64,000 nt of DNA from Camelus dromedarius (lineage: Eukaryota). Under the pieces are notes generated by a model. The model saw nothing but the letters and a program-made list of their open reading frames with translations. It did not search any database and had not been told where the DNA came from. Position 1 is the stretch's first letter; every line of letters begins with the position of its first letter. Where the stretch lies: positions 61,568,001 through 61,632,000 of the forward strand of contig NC_087437.1 of NCBI RefSeq assembly GCF_036321535.1, read 5' to 3'. A program made the position numbers and the translations under genes. Of the stretch, positions 27,478 to 40,393 are shown in pieces.

Positions 27478-28983
27478 TGGAATATACAAAATCTCCTGAT
27501 AATTATATAATTATTTAAAAAAAACTTCTCCATTAAATTCACAACATCAGTTATTTTTGACAGTTTACAAACGAAAGAATTTATCTAAATTCTAAAGCTG
27601 CGGTTTTGAAGGGCCAGTATTTTAAAATCTTCATTGATACAACTTTGCATTTGGAAGTCCTAGTGCATTGCTTGCTGCTGTATGGAAACTTTGTTGTATC
27701 ATTCCCCCTACCGTACTTCTTTTAAAACTGAAAACTGCCTTTCACTTTTTAGGAACTGTTGAGTGGTGGGAGGAGAGTAAAACTGATCACAATATAAGAA
27801 CATTTTGTTAAAAGTTTTATTAAATACTTCTTAAAAATTATAGTAATATTCCCCCAAGAAAATAAAGGAATAAAAATTCCAAGAGATACTGAAAAGCAGG
27901 CCAGGGAGCATGTGTAAGACTTAGAAAAGTAGCCCCTATCTCTTTCCATTATAACTTTTCAGCCTTTCTATGTTTTAAGATGTGAAGGAAAGTCCAGTCT
28001 ATTAACATAGCAGGATACAAGTATACCGTAGTTATATAGCCTATAATTCCTATGAATCTTAAAGATAACATTTAGTAAGAGTCTCTATCTGAAGAATAAT
28101 TTAATGATGCTGTATAATATCAGTATTAAATAGTATCTTTAAAAATCCTGATTTTTACTGGGATAGTGGAGCTGCCTGTTAATCATGTACCTGTTTTTCA
28201 GCATTTAAAAATAATAATTTATAGTATAATAGTGTTTTGTGTAAGTATATTTATGCATGGGCTTTGAATTCAGAGAAATCTAGATTTGAATTTCAGTTCA
28301 GTCACTTACTAACTTTGTGTGACCCCAAGGCATGTTTCCTAACCTTCCTAAATGGTAGTTTCCTCATGTGCACAGTGCCTACCTCATAAGGACATTTTGT
28401 TGATTGAACAAGATTGTAGCCATATGGAACAATTAACAAATGTTCCCATGCTTATGTGTAAAACTTAGCTTCGTTTATTTTCTCCTTTCTTTTCTTTCTC
28501 CTGCTTACTTCAATGCCTTATTGTTATTTATTTATTTAGTTATTTATTTAGTAAAATTATATTTTGTGCCTATGTCTCAGGCACTGTTCTAAGCATGAAT
28601 ATAGCTTTTAAAAATAGAGAGCTTTTCGAAGTATGATTTTTGAATCTAAAGTAAACCAATTCCAGTTTGTTGCAAAATTCCTTCAATTGTTTCTGTCTTG
28701 TTTTACATATCATTATGGAGTCATAAAATATATATAACAAGATTAAATTGATATATTGTACTGCTGGGGTTCCAAACGTGCATGTCCCCCTCCAATATAG
28801 AAGATAAAGGTGGTTGATTGGTTATTACTGGTAGTTGGTATCATGTTTTCCCAGAGCTTTTGTTGAAGTTATTTTTTGTATGTATGATTTATTTTCTCCT
28901 TATTGTATTTTAAACATTTTGTTTTACTTTGAATTTTTGGATTATCATTTTAAGGATCTCTTTTAAAATTTCTGAAGAAATTC

Positions 28984-31195
28984 TTTTCTTTTTTTTATTG
29001 AGTTATGGTCATTTTACAATGTTGTGTCAAATTCCAGTGTACAGCACAAGTTTTCAGTTATACATGAACATATATGTATTCATTGTCACATTTTTTTTTT
29101 TTGCTGTGAGCTACCACAAGATCTTGTATATATTTCCCTGTGCTATACAGTATAATCTTGTTTATCTATTCTGCATATGCCTGTCAGTATCTACAAATTT
29201 TGAACTCGCAGTCTATCCCTTCCCACCCCCTTCCCCCTTGGCAACCACAAGTTTGTATTCTTTGTCTATGAGTCTGTTTCTGGTTTGTATTTATGTTCTT
29301 TTTTTCTTCTTTCTTTTTCTGGCTTACTTCACTTAGAATGACATTCTCCAGGGACACCCATGTTGCTGCAAATGGCATTATGTTGTCATTTTTAATGGCT
29401 GAATAATATTCCATTGTGTCTTTTTTATGGCTGAATAATATTCCATTGTATAAATATGCCACATCTTCTTTATCCAGTCCTCTGTCGATGGACATTTAGG
29501 CTGTTTCCAAATCTTGGCTATTGTAAATAGTGCTGCTATGAACATTGGGGTGCAGGTGTCATTTTGAAGTAGGGTTCCTTCTGGATATATGCCTAAGAGC
29601 AGGATTCCTGGGTCATATGGTAAGTCTATTCCTAGTCTTTTGAGGAATCTCCATACTGTTTTCCACAGTGGCTGCACCAAACTGCATTCCCACCAGCAAT
29701 GTAGGAGGGTTCCCTTTTCTCCACAGCCTCTCCAGCATTTGTCGTTTGTGGACTTTTGAATGATGGCCATTCTGACTGGTGTGAGGTGATATCTGACTGT
29801 AGTTTTGATTTGCATTTCTCTGATAATTAGTGATATTGAGCATTTTTCCATGTGCCTATTGATCATTTGTATTTCTTCCTTGGAGAATTGCTTGTTTAGG
29901 TCTTCTGCCCAGTTTTGGATTGGGTTGTTTGTTCTTTTCTTATTAAGTTGTATGAGCTGCTTATATATTCTGGAGATCAAGTCTTTGTCGGTTTCATGAT
30001 TTGCAAAACTTTTCTCCCATTCCATAGGTTGTCATTTTGTTTTACTTATGGTTTCCTTTGCTGTGTAGAAGCTGGTAAGTTTAATTAGGTCCCATTTGTT
30101 TATTCTTGCTTTTATTTCTATTTCTTGGGTAGACTGCCCTAGGAGAGCATTTTTGAGATGTATGTGAGATAATGTTTTGTCTATATTTTCTTCTAGGAGG
30201 TTTTTGTATCTTGTCTTATGTTTAAGTCTTTGATCCATTTTGAGTTTATTTTTGTGTATGGTGTATGGAGTGTTCTAGCTTCATTGATTTATGTGCTGCT
30301 GTCCAGTTTTCCCAACACCATTTGCTGAAGGGACTGTCTTTACTCCATTGTATATTCTTGCCTCCTTTGTCGAAGATTAGTTGACCAAAAGTTTGTGGGT
30401 TCATTTCTGGGCTCTCTATTCTGTTCCATTGGTCTATATGTCTTTGTACCAATACCATGCTATTTTGATTACTGTAGCTCTGTAATATTGTCTGAAGTCT
30501 GGGATAGTTATTCCTCCAGCCTCTTTCTTTTTCTTCAGTAATATTTTGGCAATTCTAGGCCTTTTTTGGTTCCATATAAATTTTATTATGATTTGTTCTA
30601 ATTCTGTGAAATATATCCTGGGTAATTTGATAGGGATTGCATTAAATCTGTAGATTGCCTTGGGCAGTATGACCATTTTAACAATACTGATTCTTCCAAT
30701 CAAGGAGCATGGGATATCTTTCCATTTTTTAAAGTCTTCTTTAATTTCCTTAATCAGTGTTTTATAGTTCTCCATGTATAAGTCTTTCACCTCGTTGGTT
30801 AGATTTATTCCTAGGTACTTTATTACTTGGGTGCTATTTTAAAGGGGATTGTTGCTTTACTTTCTTTTCCTGTTGATTCATCATTAGTGTAAAGAAATGC
30901 AACTGATTTTTGTACATTAATCTTGTAACCTGCTACCTTGCTGAATTCTTAGATTATTTCTAGTAGTTTTTGTGTGGACCTTTTAGGATTTTCTATATAT
31001 AGTATCATGTCATCTGCATATAGTGACACTTTTATCTCTTCTTTTCCAATTTGGATCCCTTTTATTTCTCTCTCTTGCCTGATTGCTGTGGCTAGGACTT
31101 CTAAGACTGTGTTGAATAGGAGTGGTGATAGTGGGCAGCCTTGTCCTAGATTTTAGTGGGAAGCTTTTGAATTTTTCACTATTGAGTACTATGCT
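28984..31195 (-). mobile_element. Relatively young 5'-truncated LINE-1 (ORF2 3' third + 3' UTR)
   Basis: Consecutive minus-strand ORF2 fragments 30434-30790, 30246-30458, 30032-30238, 29378-30025 ([24 protein letters not shown] region); T-tail at ~28984-28996; no TSD identified. Confidence 0.93.
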
Positions 31196-32319
31196 TATTT
31201 TAGCTATCTTTAGATTTTTTTATTACTTAAAGTAAGAAGCTATCAAAGAATACCTTTATGTTTGGCAGCAAATTTTCCATAATTAATAATCCCTTGTATT
31301 TATAAAATACCTTTTTCCAAAGAACAACGTTCTCATTCTTTTTCATTACACAACTTTTGTATTTCACAATAAAGTGACTTATGTATCATCCCAGCCCAAC
31401 ATATGTCACCAACAATATAAGTTTAGAACCCAGGCCTCCAGACTAGGAAGATAGTTCTCTTAGCAAAATTAAATTAAGAGTTCTAAGTTTGATTTAATTT
31501 TTGACTGCTCTTGTTAAATTTGTTTAATATTTTTATTACGGCCCAGCTTTAGAAATATGTACCAAAATTTTATCAGCCTACATACATTTTTCAGCATCCC
31601 ACACTCCTAGGATGATTGAAAAACATCACTGTCGGGGGAAGCAGGGAGCTATTTTTCCAGTCATTCAGTATACATTATTGCTTTGCTGGGTAATGTGTAT
31701 GCAAAATGATAAAGCATGGTGTGTGGGCCTTCTTAGACTCTAGCATCCTTGATAGCTTTTCCAGTAAGACTTTTTTTGTTTGTTTGTTTATTGAGCACTC
31801 AGCTCCAAACATTGACTGCCCTAGGTTCTGGCACAACTTCCAGACAGTAGACAGAAGGTAGAAAAAATACATTATGGTGTTATAGAAATGAAACCTTTAC
31901 TCTGGCAGTAGGAATTCACATTTCAAAAGCTGATGATTGTCAAGCTGATCTAAAAGACTTTATGAGAATGCAAAAATAGTTGCTTCTTTTTAAAAACAAT
32001 TTCTAAAATAAAATTTGTTTTTGCTTTAAATAGCCTTTCATGTTAATAAGCAAAGTATGTAATTGATTATTTTTGATTGATTCTCTTTAGAATGTGCTGG
32101 CAGACAACATTCTAAGCAGGAGAAAAAAGGGATAACTGTACCATAGTTTAAATGAAATAAAAGTATAGTGTTTCAATGAAAAATAAAAATCCATTAACCT
32201 AGATTCAATTGTGCTGAAAATTGATGGCATTGCTTACATTTTGGAACCTTGTCACTTATTAGTCACAAAGTTAAGTACTAGTTTGGGGTCAAGGGGAGCC
32301 TCTTGAGATAATAAAAAAA

Positions 32320-32475
32320 ATTTCACTGTAATGGAAAAGAATCTGAAAATATATGTGTGTGTGTATATACATGTGTATATATACATATAACGTGTGTGTG
32401 TGTATATATATAACTGAATCACTTTGCTGTGTACCTGAAACTAACACTGGAAATAAATTACACTTCAAAAAAAAT
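32320..32475 (+). mobile_element. Short L1 3' terminus with (TG/TA)n
   Basis: aatggaaaagaatctgaaaat...aactgaatcactttgctgtgtacctgaaactaacac...acttcaaaaaaaa. Confidence 0.8.
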
Positions 32476-34689
32476 TTAAACATACACACACACAATCCTC
32501 AAAGTTGCTGGAAACATCTTGTTTTAAGTTGTGAAGGAATAATGATCAACAAAAGCATTTACATAAAATCAGTATTTAGCAATTTTACAAAGCTACTGTA
32601 AAATAAAAGTTTGGGTTTTGAACAAAATTTGAACATTTCAGTATAAACAGTAAGACCAAATTGCTGTTTAGTAGGAGCCTCGGAAACATTGGGTATCATT
32701 AGTAGCTAGAGTATACAGGATTACCATTGTGATATTTGAAAACTACATTAGAACTCCTCGGTTAATTAGTTTTATAGAATGACTGAACTATAGAATAAAA
32801 ATGTTGTTTGAGTATCACTTTGTTTTAGTCCTTTTGTTAAATAAAATAACTTGTCACTTTTACCAGTAAATCCTCAATTTGATTTCACAGTTACACTATG
32901 AAGAAATGATTTTTGGAAAGCTGATTAAAATTTTAAATAGGGTAGTGATAATACATTTGGCCACAATTTAAATTCTGCATACATTTTAGGGAGAGTTTTA
33001 CAGGAATGTTAAGTTTTGAACAAGTGCTTATTTCATGCATTTAAAAATAAAGTTAGGGCAAGCACTTTTTTAAATGGGCAAATATATGTTCAAATTAAAT
33101 ACTAAACCAGTAAAGGGATTCCATCATGAAAGAAGACTGATGATGCAATCTCAAGTACTGACAGAAATTAAGCCCACTACAGCAAATTAAAAATTCAGAA
33201 TTGAAATTCTTTCATTACAACTGAAATTGTCAAAAAAAATTTTTGATTAAATAGTCTGAACTGAGATTTAAATATTTTCATTTTATGGTGTTTGTTGAGG
33301 ATGTAATATGCCTAACAATACATTTCTGTGAAATTAAGTATAAATACAGGACTGGAAATAGGTTTAAAACATTTCATTAGAGATCAAAAATCAAACCCCC
33401 ATGTACCAAAAAATATTAACAGTTTATTAGGAATTCTTCCCTTTCTTACCTGTACTGGTATTTCAGATGAAAGTACAGTATAATTGGAGCAAAGGATACA
33501 AATTCTGTCGGTTAGAAATAATCTGGTTTATGCTAAGGGAAGAACAATAACAGCAACAATAGAAAGCCTTTTTCTTAAGCAAACATGCGATCATGAATTT
33601 CTCCAGCTAGACCCTTGGTCAATCTTTTTATAATAAAAAAGGCATTAATCTTTTAATGAAAAAGGAATATATAGAAATCCTTAGGTTTTGGAATGTATAG
33701 AAACTTTAGGTTTCTATATGTTACTTTTTCATGTCTATATATGCAGTTCATATATTAATATTCACTGATATTTTAAGATGGGAAAACAAGTTACTTCTAA
33801 CAATTTATATTTCCAATAACATGTTACTATGTTAAAAAGATTTGACAGTGTGTTCATTTAACCTGGTGATCTCAATTTCAACAAATGTCTATTAGCAATG
33901 AATTAAACCTTATTGTAAAGAAATTCTTTATAGTATTATGACCAGAGTTTCTAATCCTGGAGAAGGCCACAGTGAATTAGCCATACATGGTGCCATTAAA
34001 GTTTGTTGTGATGAGATTATAATAAATTTGTTCAGAGTGTTCGTAAAGTTTTGACTTTTAAGGTGCTATAGAGAAACATAAAAAAAGTCATTGTATCATC
34101 TAAAAATTTGACTGTTTTGACCATAATCTATATTTTTAATTTTCTAACTGATTAAAACGAAGATCTGCCTCATAATGAAGCACATTGTGGCATCTCTATA
34201 AATGCTGCTATGTGAAAGTAAAAATAAGGAAAATTAGTTGTGATAGTCACATTTGGAGCATTCATAGAAAAATATGTATTCCCTGAATTAGTCTTGTCAG
34301 GTAGTCGTCACTCAGGATGAATCCCAATATTATAAACAAAAATGAGGTGCTAATGGATTTTTCTCTACCTATTTCCAACACTCTACTTCAGTTTTGTCAG
34401 TTAGGTCAATGACACCTCCTTTTAAAATGTACCTTTAATTTTTTTCTCTTTTTTCAGTAATGACACCATAGACATGGTGGTCTGAATTTTCAAACTCTTA
34501 AGACAGAACACTTAAAATTAGCATCAGGCTGCAATTTTGAAATATTTTCAGTCCTTGACTTTTTTACTACGTACCCTTGTACACTTCCCATTATTTGCTT
34601 CCTCTGAGGAATCAAGAGATTTCTTCAAGGCCCTTGCTTTCTGAAAAGGAATAGTAATTTTATAACAAATTATTTGTTTTTTTCTTTCT

Positions 34690-35390
34690 ACCCCTCCATC
34701 AGCTTGGCAGTGGTCAAAGCCCTGACTCTACTAGTCCTCTGACATCATACCAGCAGGAAGGTGGAGAGTAACAACTGGTGGTTAGAGGTGGAAGTCCAGG
34801 TTCTCCAGACTATCTCCACTGATTCTACATGGTGGGGAGTGGGACCACATTACCTTCCAGTAGGCATGAAAGCCCTGGCTTTCCACTTGTCCTTCTTTGA
34901 CACCATATCAATGGGGAGCCATAGGAGCCACTGAAATGCCAAATTACAGTCCTGTAAGGATGGAAGTTTAGGCTCCTCACTTAGCCTTTGCTGACATGGG
35001 TTGGATGAGGCCACATTTGTTTCTGAGGTGTTTGACTGGAGTAGAGAAGTTATTGTCTGAAAGTTTTCTGTCTTGTTAAGTTGCCCCTTTCCTGGTCTTT
35101 TGGCTAGAGAAAGCAGGCTTTTATTGGTTTGTTTCTTTTGTTTTTGTCTCTGTCCATTGGTGTTTCTGGATTGCCAACTCGGAGACGTCAGTTCCAAGTC
35201 TAGGATACATGAAGCAAAAGGAAAACCCGAGGAACTGATCACCTTGTCCTTCCTTGGATCCTAAAGTCCTTAGTTGTCTTCTTTTAACTCTTTAGAGTCT
35301 TCTTATCTTTGTTTTAGATGTGATGGCCAGGGTTTTCAGTTTAGAAGTAGGGAAAAGTACCTCTGTTACATCTTCCGGAAGCAGAAGTCA
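34690..35390. mobile_element. Unassigned old repeat (possibly antisense L1M 5' region)
   Basis: GC-richer block with internal repeats of ggtggaagtccagg/tggaagtttaggctcc within AT-rich DNA; family not confidently recognised. Confidence 0.35.
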
Positions 35391-36649
35391 CTAATTGATA
35401 TTTAAAATCATATGAACTTAATACCTTTCATAAAAATTTAAAGTTAAAAACGATTTAAAAAAGAAAATCCATATATGCTTTCTCATATATTCTTATTTTT
35501 GACCTCTTTGGGTCACATAATTTTATTAATAGCTAAAATAAAATGATTTTTGTTGTATTTTCTATCAACAAAATTTCATATCAATGGCATAGTGGTTGAA
35601 ATCATAAAGGAAATACCTAAATGTAGAGTGTTTTTTAGATTTAATATTTAAAAATTTTAGAGCAAATTTAAAGAGGAGGTTTTAAAAGTGTAACAAACTT
35701 TTATCAGTCATCACAGTATCTTCATTTAATAAGCAATAGTGTATGGTTCTTTCTCCTTGGTATTTGTTAGTCTGGGAAGTACTCTAAACGGTATTATTGT
35801 GGTTTGTTAAACAGTTATTAAATCATATTTTAAATTACTAGTTTTATATAATTCTTTAGGGACTTGACCTTCCTTAACAGTTGTACTTTTTATTTCTTAT
35901 TGAATTATTCATCTCAAATGTGTGTTTTATATTTTTTTAATAATTCATATTTACCATTTCTTTATATGTTAAAGGACATTATTTCTATAATATTCTCCTA
36001 AAGCTTATATAGCTTAGTGTTAAAAACCTGTTATACAGAATATCTGTCATTATCTCAGGCCCTTTTAACATTCACAGCAGTGACTGTTCTCATAGAAAGT
36101 TATAGTAGTGTATATATATGGGTATTACATAATGGGCTTTATTTGGTAAGGATGATGTCATTGCGTGGGATGGCCTGAAGGAGTTATTAGAAGAACATAA
36201 GACTTTTGATTACTAGCATTTTTAAATAAATGCCATAGAGTTGAAAACGTTAATTTGTGTTTGGACGGGAATGAACCTAGGTTTTCCTGGCTTAGCTTTA
36301 GAAATTTAAAGAAGTAAGTTCTACTGTCTTAATTACATAGCTGAACAGAATGAAATATTAAACACTTTTTTTTCCCTTGGGAAAGAGAAATGGAGTTAGG
36401 GAGAAAAGAACTAATAAACAACCAACATTCTTTGTTACATAGTTGTAAAACTAACTTTTTGAGATTTGGCATTACAGAATGCTTTGAACTTTTATTTCTG
36501 TAATTTCTGTATCATTTAGTTTATTGCTAAGGTGTAAGATATGGTTACTAGAAAAGTCTATAATTTTAGAGAAAGATTTTTAAGGTACATATCACGAAAA
36601 AAGAGGCAGATTACATTTATTTTCTACTTTGAGTACTGTACAGTTGGAT

Positions 36650-37670
36650 TTTTTTTATCATGGTAAAATATTTGTAACATAAAATTTACCACTTTAATCA
36701 TTTTAAAGTGCCCTTCTCAGTAGTTTTGAGTACATTTACATTGTTGTGCAGCCATCACCACTATATCCATCTCCAAAACTTTTTCATCATCCCAAACTGA
36801 AACTATATCTATTAAACAACAATTCACCAATACCTCTTCCTTCTATCCCTGGTAACCATTCTACTTTCTGTCTCTATTGTAGGTACCTCATTAGGTGGAA
36901 TCATACAGTATTTGTGTCTTGTTTGTTTCACTTAGGACAATGTTTTTAAGGTTCATCCATGCTGTAGCATGTATCAGAATTTCTAATTACTTTTTAGGGC
37001 TGAATATTACTTTATTGTATGCATATACTACATTTTGTTTATCCATTCATCTGTTAATGGACATTTGGGTTGTTTCCACCTTTTGTCTAGTATGAACAAT
37101 GTAGCCATAGTACTGGTAAACAAATGCCTGTTTGAGTCCTTGCTTTCAGTTCTTTTGGGTATATATTCAGAAGTGTAATTGCTGGATCATAAACATAACT
37201 TCATGTTTAATTTTTGAAAAACTACTCTTATGTTTTCTACAGCAGTTGTACCATTTTGCATTCTCACCAGCAATGCACAGGGGTTCCAGTTATTCTGTAT
37301 CCTCACCAACTCTTGTTATTTTCTGGCTTTTGTTTTTAATGAAGGCCATCCTGCTTTATATGAAGTGATATCTCATTGTGGTTTTGATTTGCATTTCCTT
37401 AATGATTAGCGATGTTGAGTGTTTTTCATGTGCTTTTTGACTATTTGTGTGCGTTTTGCAGCTTGGTTTTTTGGGAGGAGGGGGTGGTAATTAGGTTGAT
37501 TTATTTATTTTTTAATGGAGGTACCAGGGATTGAACCCAGGATCTCATGCATGCTAAGCAGGCACTCTGCCATTGAGCTATACCCTCCTCCTTCTTTGGA
37601 AAACTGTCTATTCAAGTTCTTTGCCCATTTTTTAATAGAGTTGTTTATTTCCTTGTTGAATTTTAGGAAT
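36650..37670 (-). mobile_element. L1MB-like 3' UTR/ORF2 end, interrupted by a SINE
   Basis: aacataaaatttaccact...ttgttgtgcagccatcaccact...ggacatttgggttgtttccacc...gttttgatttgcatttcc. Confidence 0.8.
37472..37592 (-). mobile_element. tRNA-Ala-derived SINE (Vic-1-like)
   Basis: ggtaattagg...ggaggtaccagggattgaacccaggatctcatgcatgctaagc...gagctataccct. Confidence 0.88.
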
Positions 37671-37671
37671 T

Positions 37672-37706
<35 letters not shown>

Positions 37707-39685
37707 ATATATATATGATATCAATTGATTTACCCATTTTATTTATAATTCATGTTGCAGACGGTTGGTGGTGGTGTGGGTATAATCTGGCTTGGTCTGT
37801 ATGTCTCCTACATTTCCTCTGCTGCTGCTAAGGATCTTTTCTTGTGATTCCCTTCATGAAGCCCACATTTTAAAAATTAATTAATTACCGACCAAGTAAA
37901 CTTAGTTTATTCAGAAATAATTTTCCAATTTTTAATTTAAAAACAACTAACACTGAGTTGATCAGCATGAAATATCCAGTGTTGGCACACTGAATTAACT
38001 TAATTCTAGCAAATAAACTTGACCTTTTAATAAGTCAGGTATTGTGTTAGATGCTAAAGACACAAAGCTCTTGGTCTCAAGGAACTTAAAATCTAATGAA
38101 GAGTTACCATGTGATAATTGCTACACTAAAGTAAGAGAAACACAGCCAAGGAATCATTTGAGTGCCTAGACCATTCAAGGAAGTATAATGAGATTATGCT
38201 TGAGATGGCTCTTAAAGGAGAAACAGGAGTTTCCCAGGGTATCAAGACTGCGTGGAGCCACAGAGTTTAGTGTTACTTCCTTTGAGAGGGTCCTCAAGGT
38301 TAAAAATCACTGGTATATATGACTCTGAAAAGCTGGGAGGGAAGGAAAGCCAGCCCCTGTGAATGAGAGAGAGAAATTAAGAACATTGTGAGCTGAGCAA
38401 ACGCCCTGAAAAATGTCTTAATATATATATATACACACACATACATATGTTTATGATAGTAAGCATTCCACAATGGCTAAAAAATCTATTTTTTAAATGA
38501 GAGATTTGGTCCCTTTTCCCTTTGTGCTTTAGGTAACCTGCTCATGCATAAGAGCTAGAAATATTCAGAATATATAGAATCAGAGAAGTTCAAGTTGACC
38601 TATTGTGATGTAGAAAACTTAAGTTTAAATCCAGAATATTTGTATTAATTGGTTCGACTGAATTTAAATTATTTTGGGCATGATTCAAATAGGTGGTTCC
38701 TTTGAACAGAAATGTCACTGCATTATTTCTTCTGATAGCTTACATGAGAATAGAGAGAAGAATAGAGGGGCAGAAGAAAGTATGAATTAGATCTGGTGGG
38801 TCGAAGGAAATTATCTCAGGTACCTTATAAAAGTGAGACACTGGTCTAAGAAAAAAGAAGTGGGCTTCCCACAACGCTGGAAAGAATCAAGAATGGTGGT
38901 TGCAACAACAGTGTGACTGAAAGAAGGGGCAAAATTGAGCAGACTTCTTTAAGAGCAAAGAGGGAATTTGTTGAACTAAATATTGAATCACTTCTTAGAT
39001 ATTTATAGTTATTTTCTTGTAAGAGATTTAACTTATGAAATTATATTATTAACAAGTTTTTGTATTATAAAGAGTTAAGGTTTTTCCTTTTGCCAACTTA
39101 AGAGAAGTGAGCAATATCATGTTATATTCTGTATATCATGATTATTATATTCTTTTTCTGGACCTTGTGACCTTCACAGTCTCAAAGAGAAATTGAAAGT
39201 TAGAAAATTAGCTGAGAGAAAAATGCCACGTCAATTAAATAAATGTTTCCAAAGAACTTTTTTTCAGGTGTCAGAAGCCGCGTTACTGTTGTCTTTGGGC
39301 TCTGGGTTTGTCCCATGAAAGTAGGACTCAACTACTCCTAATTCATAAAATCATTAAGTTATTAAATAGTTAAAGAGAAAGAAAGACATAGGAAAAAGTA
39401 CCTCTTAGCAGGCTTCCTGCCTGCAGAAAAAGTAAAATAATTGAAAAAATCTCACTGAAAGTGCTAGAAAGGGAGATTCTGAAATGCTTTAGAGATTAAG
39501 ATGGTAATAAATGGTAGAGCTGGGACTAAAACCTGGCTCTATCATTTGTCTCATTTAAGATAATAGTTTTTCTGTAAATTGCATTGTTTGAGGGTATGGT
39601 TTTGAAGACTCTTTATTGGCAAGGTTATAATCAGCCACATTTCAAGATGAGAGAAAATACTGTGAGAATTGAATCACAGGGTTGG

Positions 39686-40393
39686 TTTTTTTTTTTTTTT
39701 TTTTTTTGCCTTTTTTGTTCATAGTCCAGCTCTTTTATTTTCTTTACACCATCATGCCATGAATTCATAGGGAATGGGTTCCAACAGTTCGGGTTCCAAC
39801 AGTTCAGGTTCCTTTGCATTGGTTCTCATGAAGTGTGCTTCTCTGGGTGAAGCAGGCTGGTGGTTCAGCTGAACCCACGTACCTTTCTCTTTGGCTTCCT
39901 TTTTCTGATCACTTTCCTTCACTCATTTCAGGGAGCTATCTCAGCTCTTAGAGTGCTTAATATACTCAATGCATATTAATTCTCCTGGCAAGAATCTTGC
40001 CCTTCATTGTTTACAATAATGCCAACAGCATGCTTGGTAACACTGTAGACTCTTACAGTTTTGCGGTGGCAACATTTGTGGGGCATTCCTTTTTGAACAG
40101 TACCTAGTCCCTTGATGTCTACAATATCATCTTTCTTACAGATTCGCATGTATGTGACCAAAGGAAGAACTCCATGTTTTCTAAAAGGCCTAGAGAACAT
40201 ATAGCGGGTGCCTCTCCTCTTCCCTTTATGTTGGTCATTTTGTCAAATTATTTATCTAGAAATTCACCTATAGGCTTTTAGAGTTGAATTCTTCACTTTG
40301 TTTCCCAAAATGTCAAAACAATAGTTTTGATTGTTTTAGATCATCCAAGGGCAGAACTACCACTCCTGGAAGATGGTGGTTCCGGCCAAAAGG
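39686..40393 (-). pseudogene. RPL21: RPL21 processed pseudogene (decayed CDS 40238-39752)
   Basis: MTNIKG...[43 protein letters not shown]...EPIPYEFMA*; no coding introns; 1-nt deletion near the start, further indels and TGA stops; AATAAA 39739-39734; 22-nt A tail 39707-39686; TOP-like 5' end ccttttggccggaaccaccatcttccag. Confidence 0.95.

Noticed and set aside
32500..34600. Long repeat-poor AT-rich intronic stretch as a possible conserved element or hidden exon
   Set aside because: No ORF, splice-site pair or motif I can support without alignments
40251..40365. Insert as an RPL21-hosted snoRNA (SNORD102/SNORA27) or a retained intron
   Set aside because: No resemblance to those snoRNAs as I recall them, and no GT...AG ends
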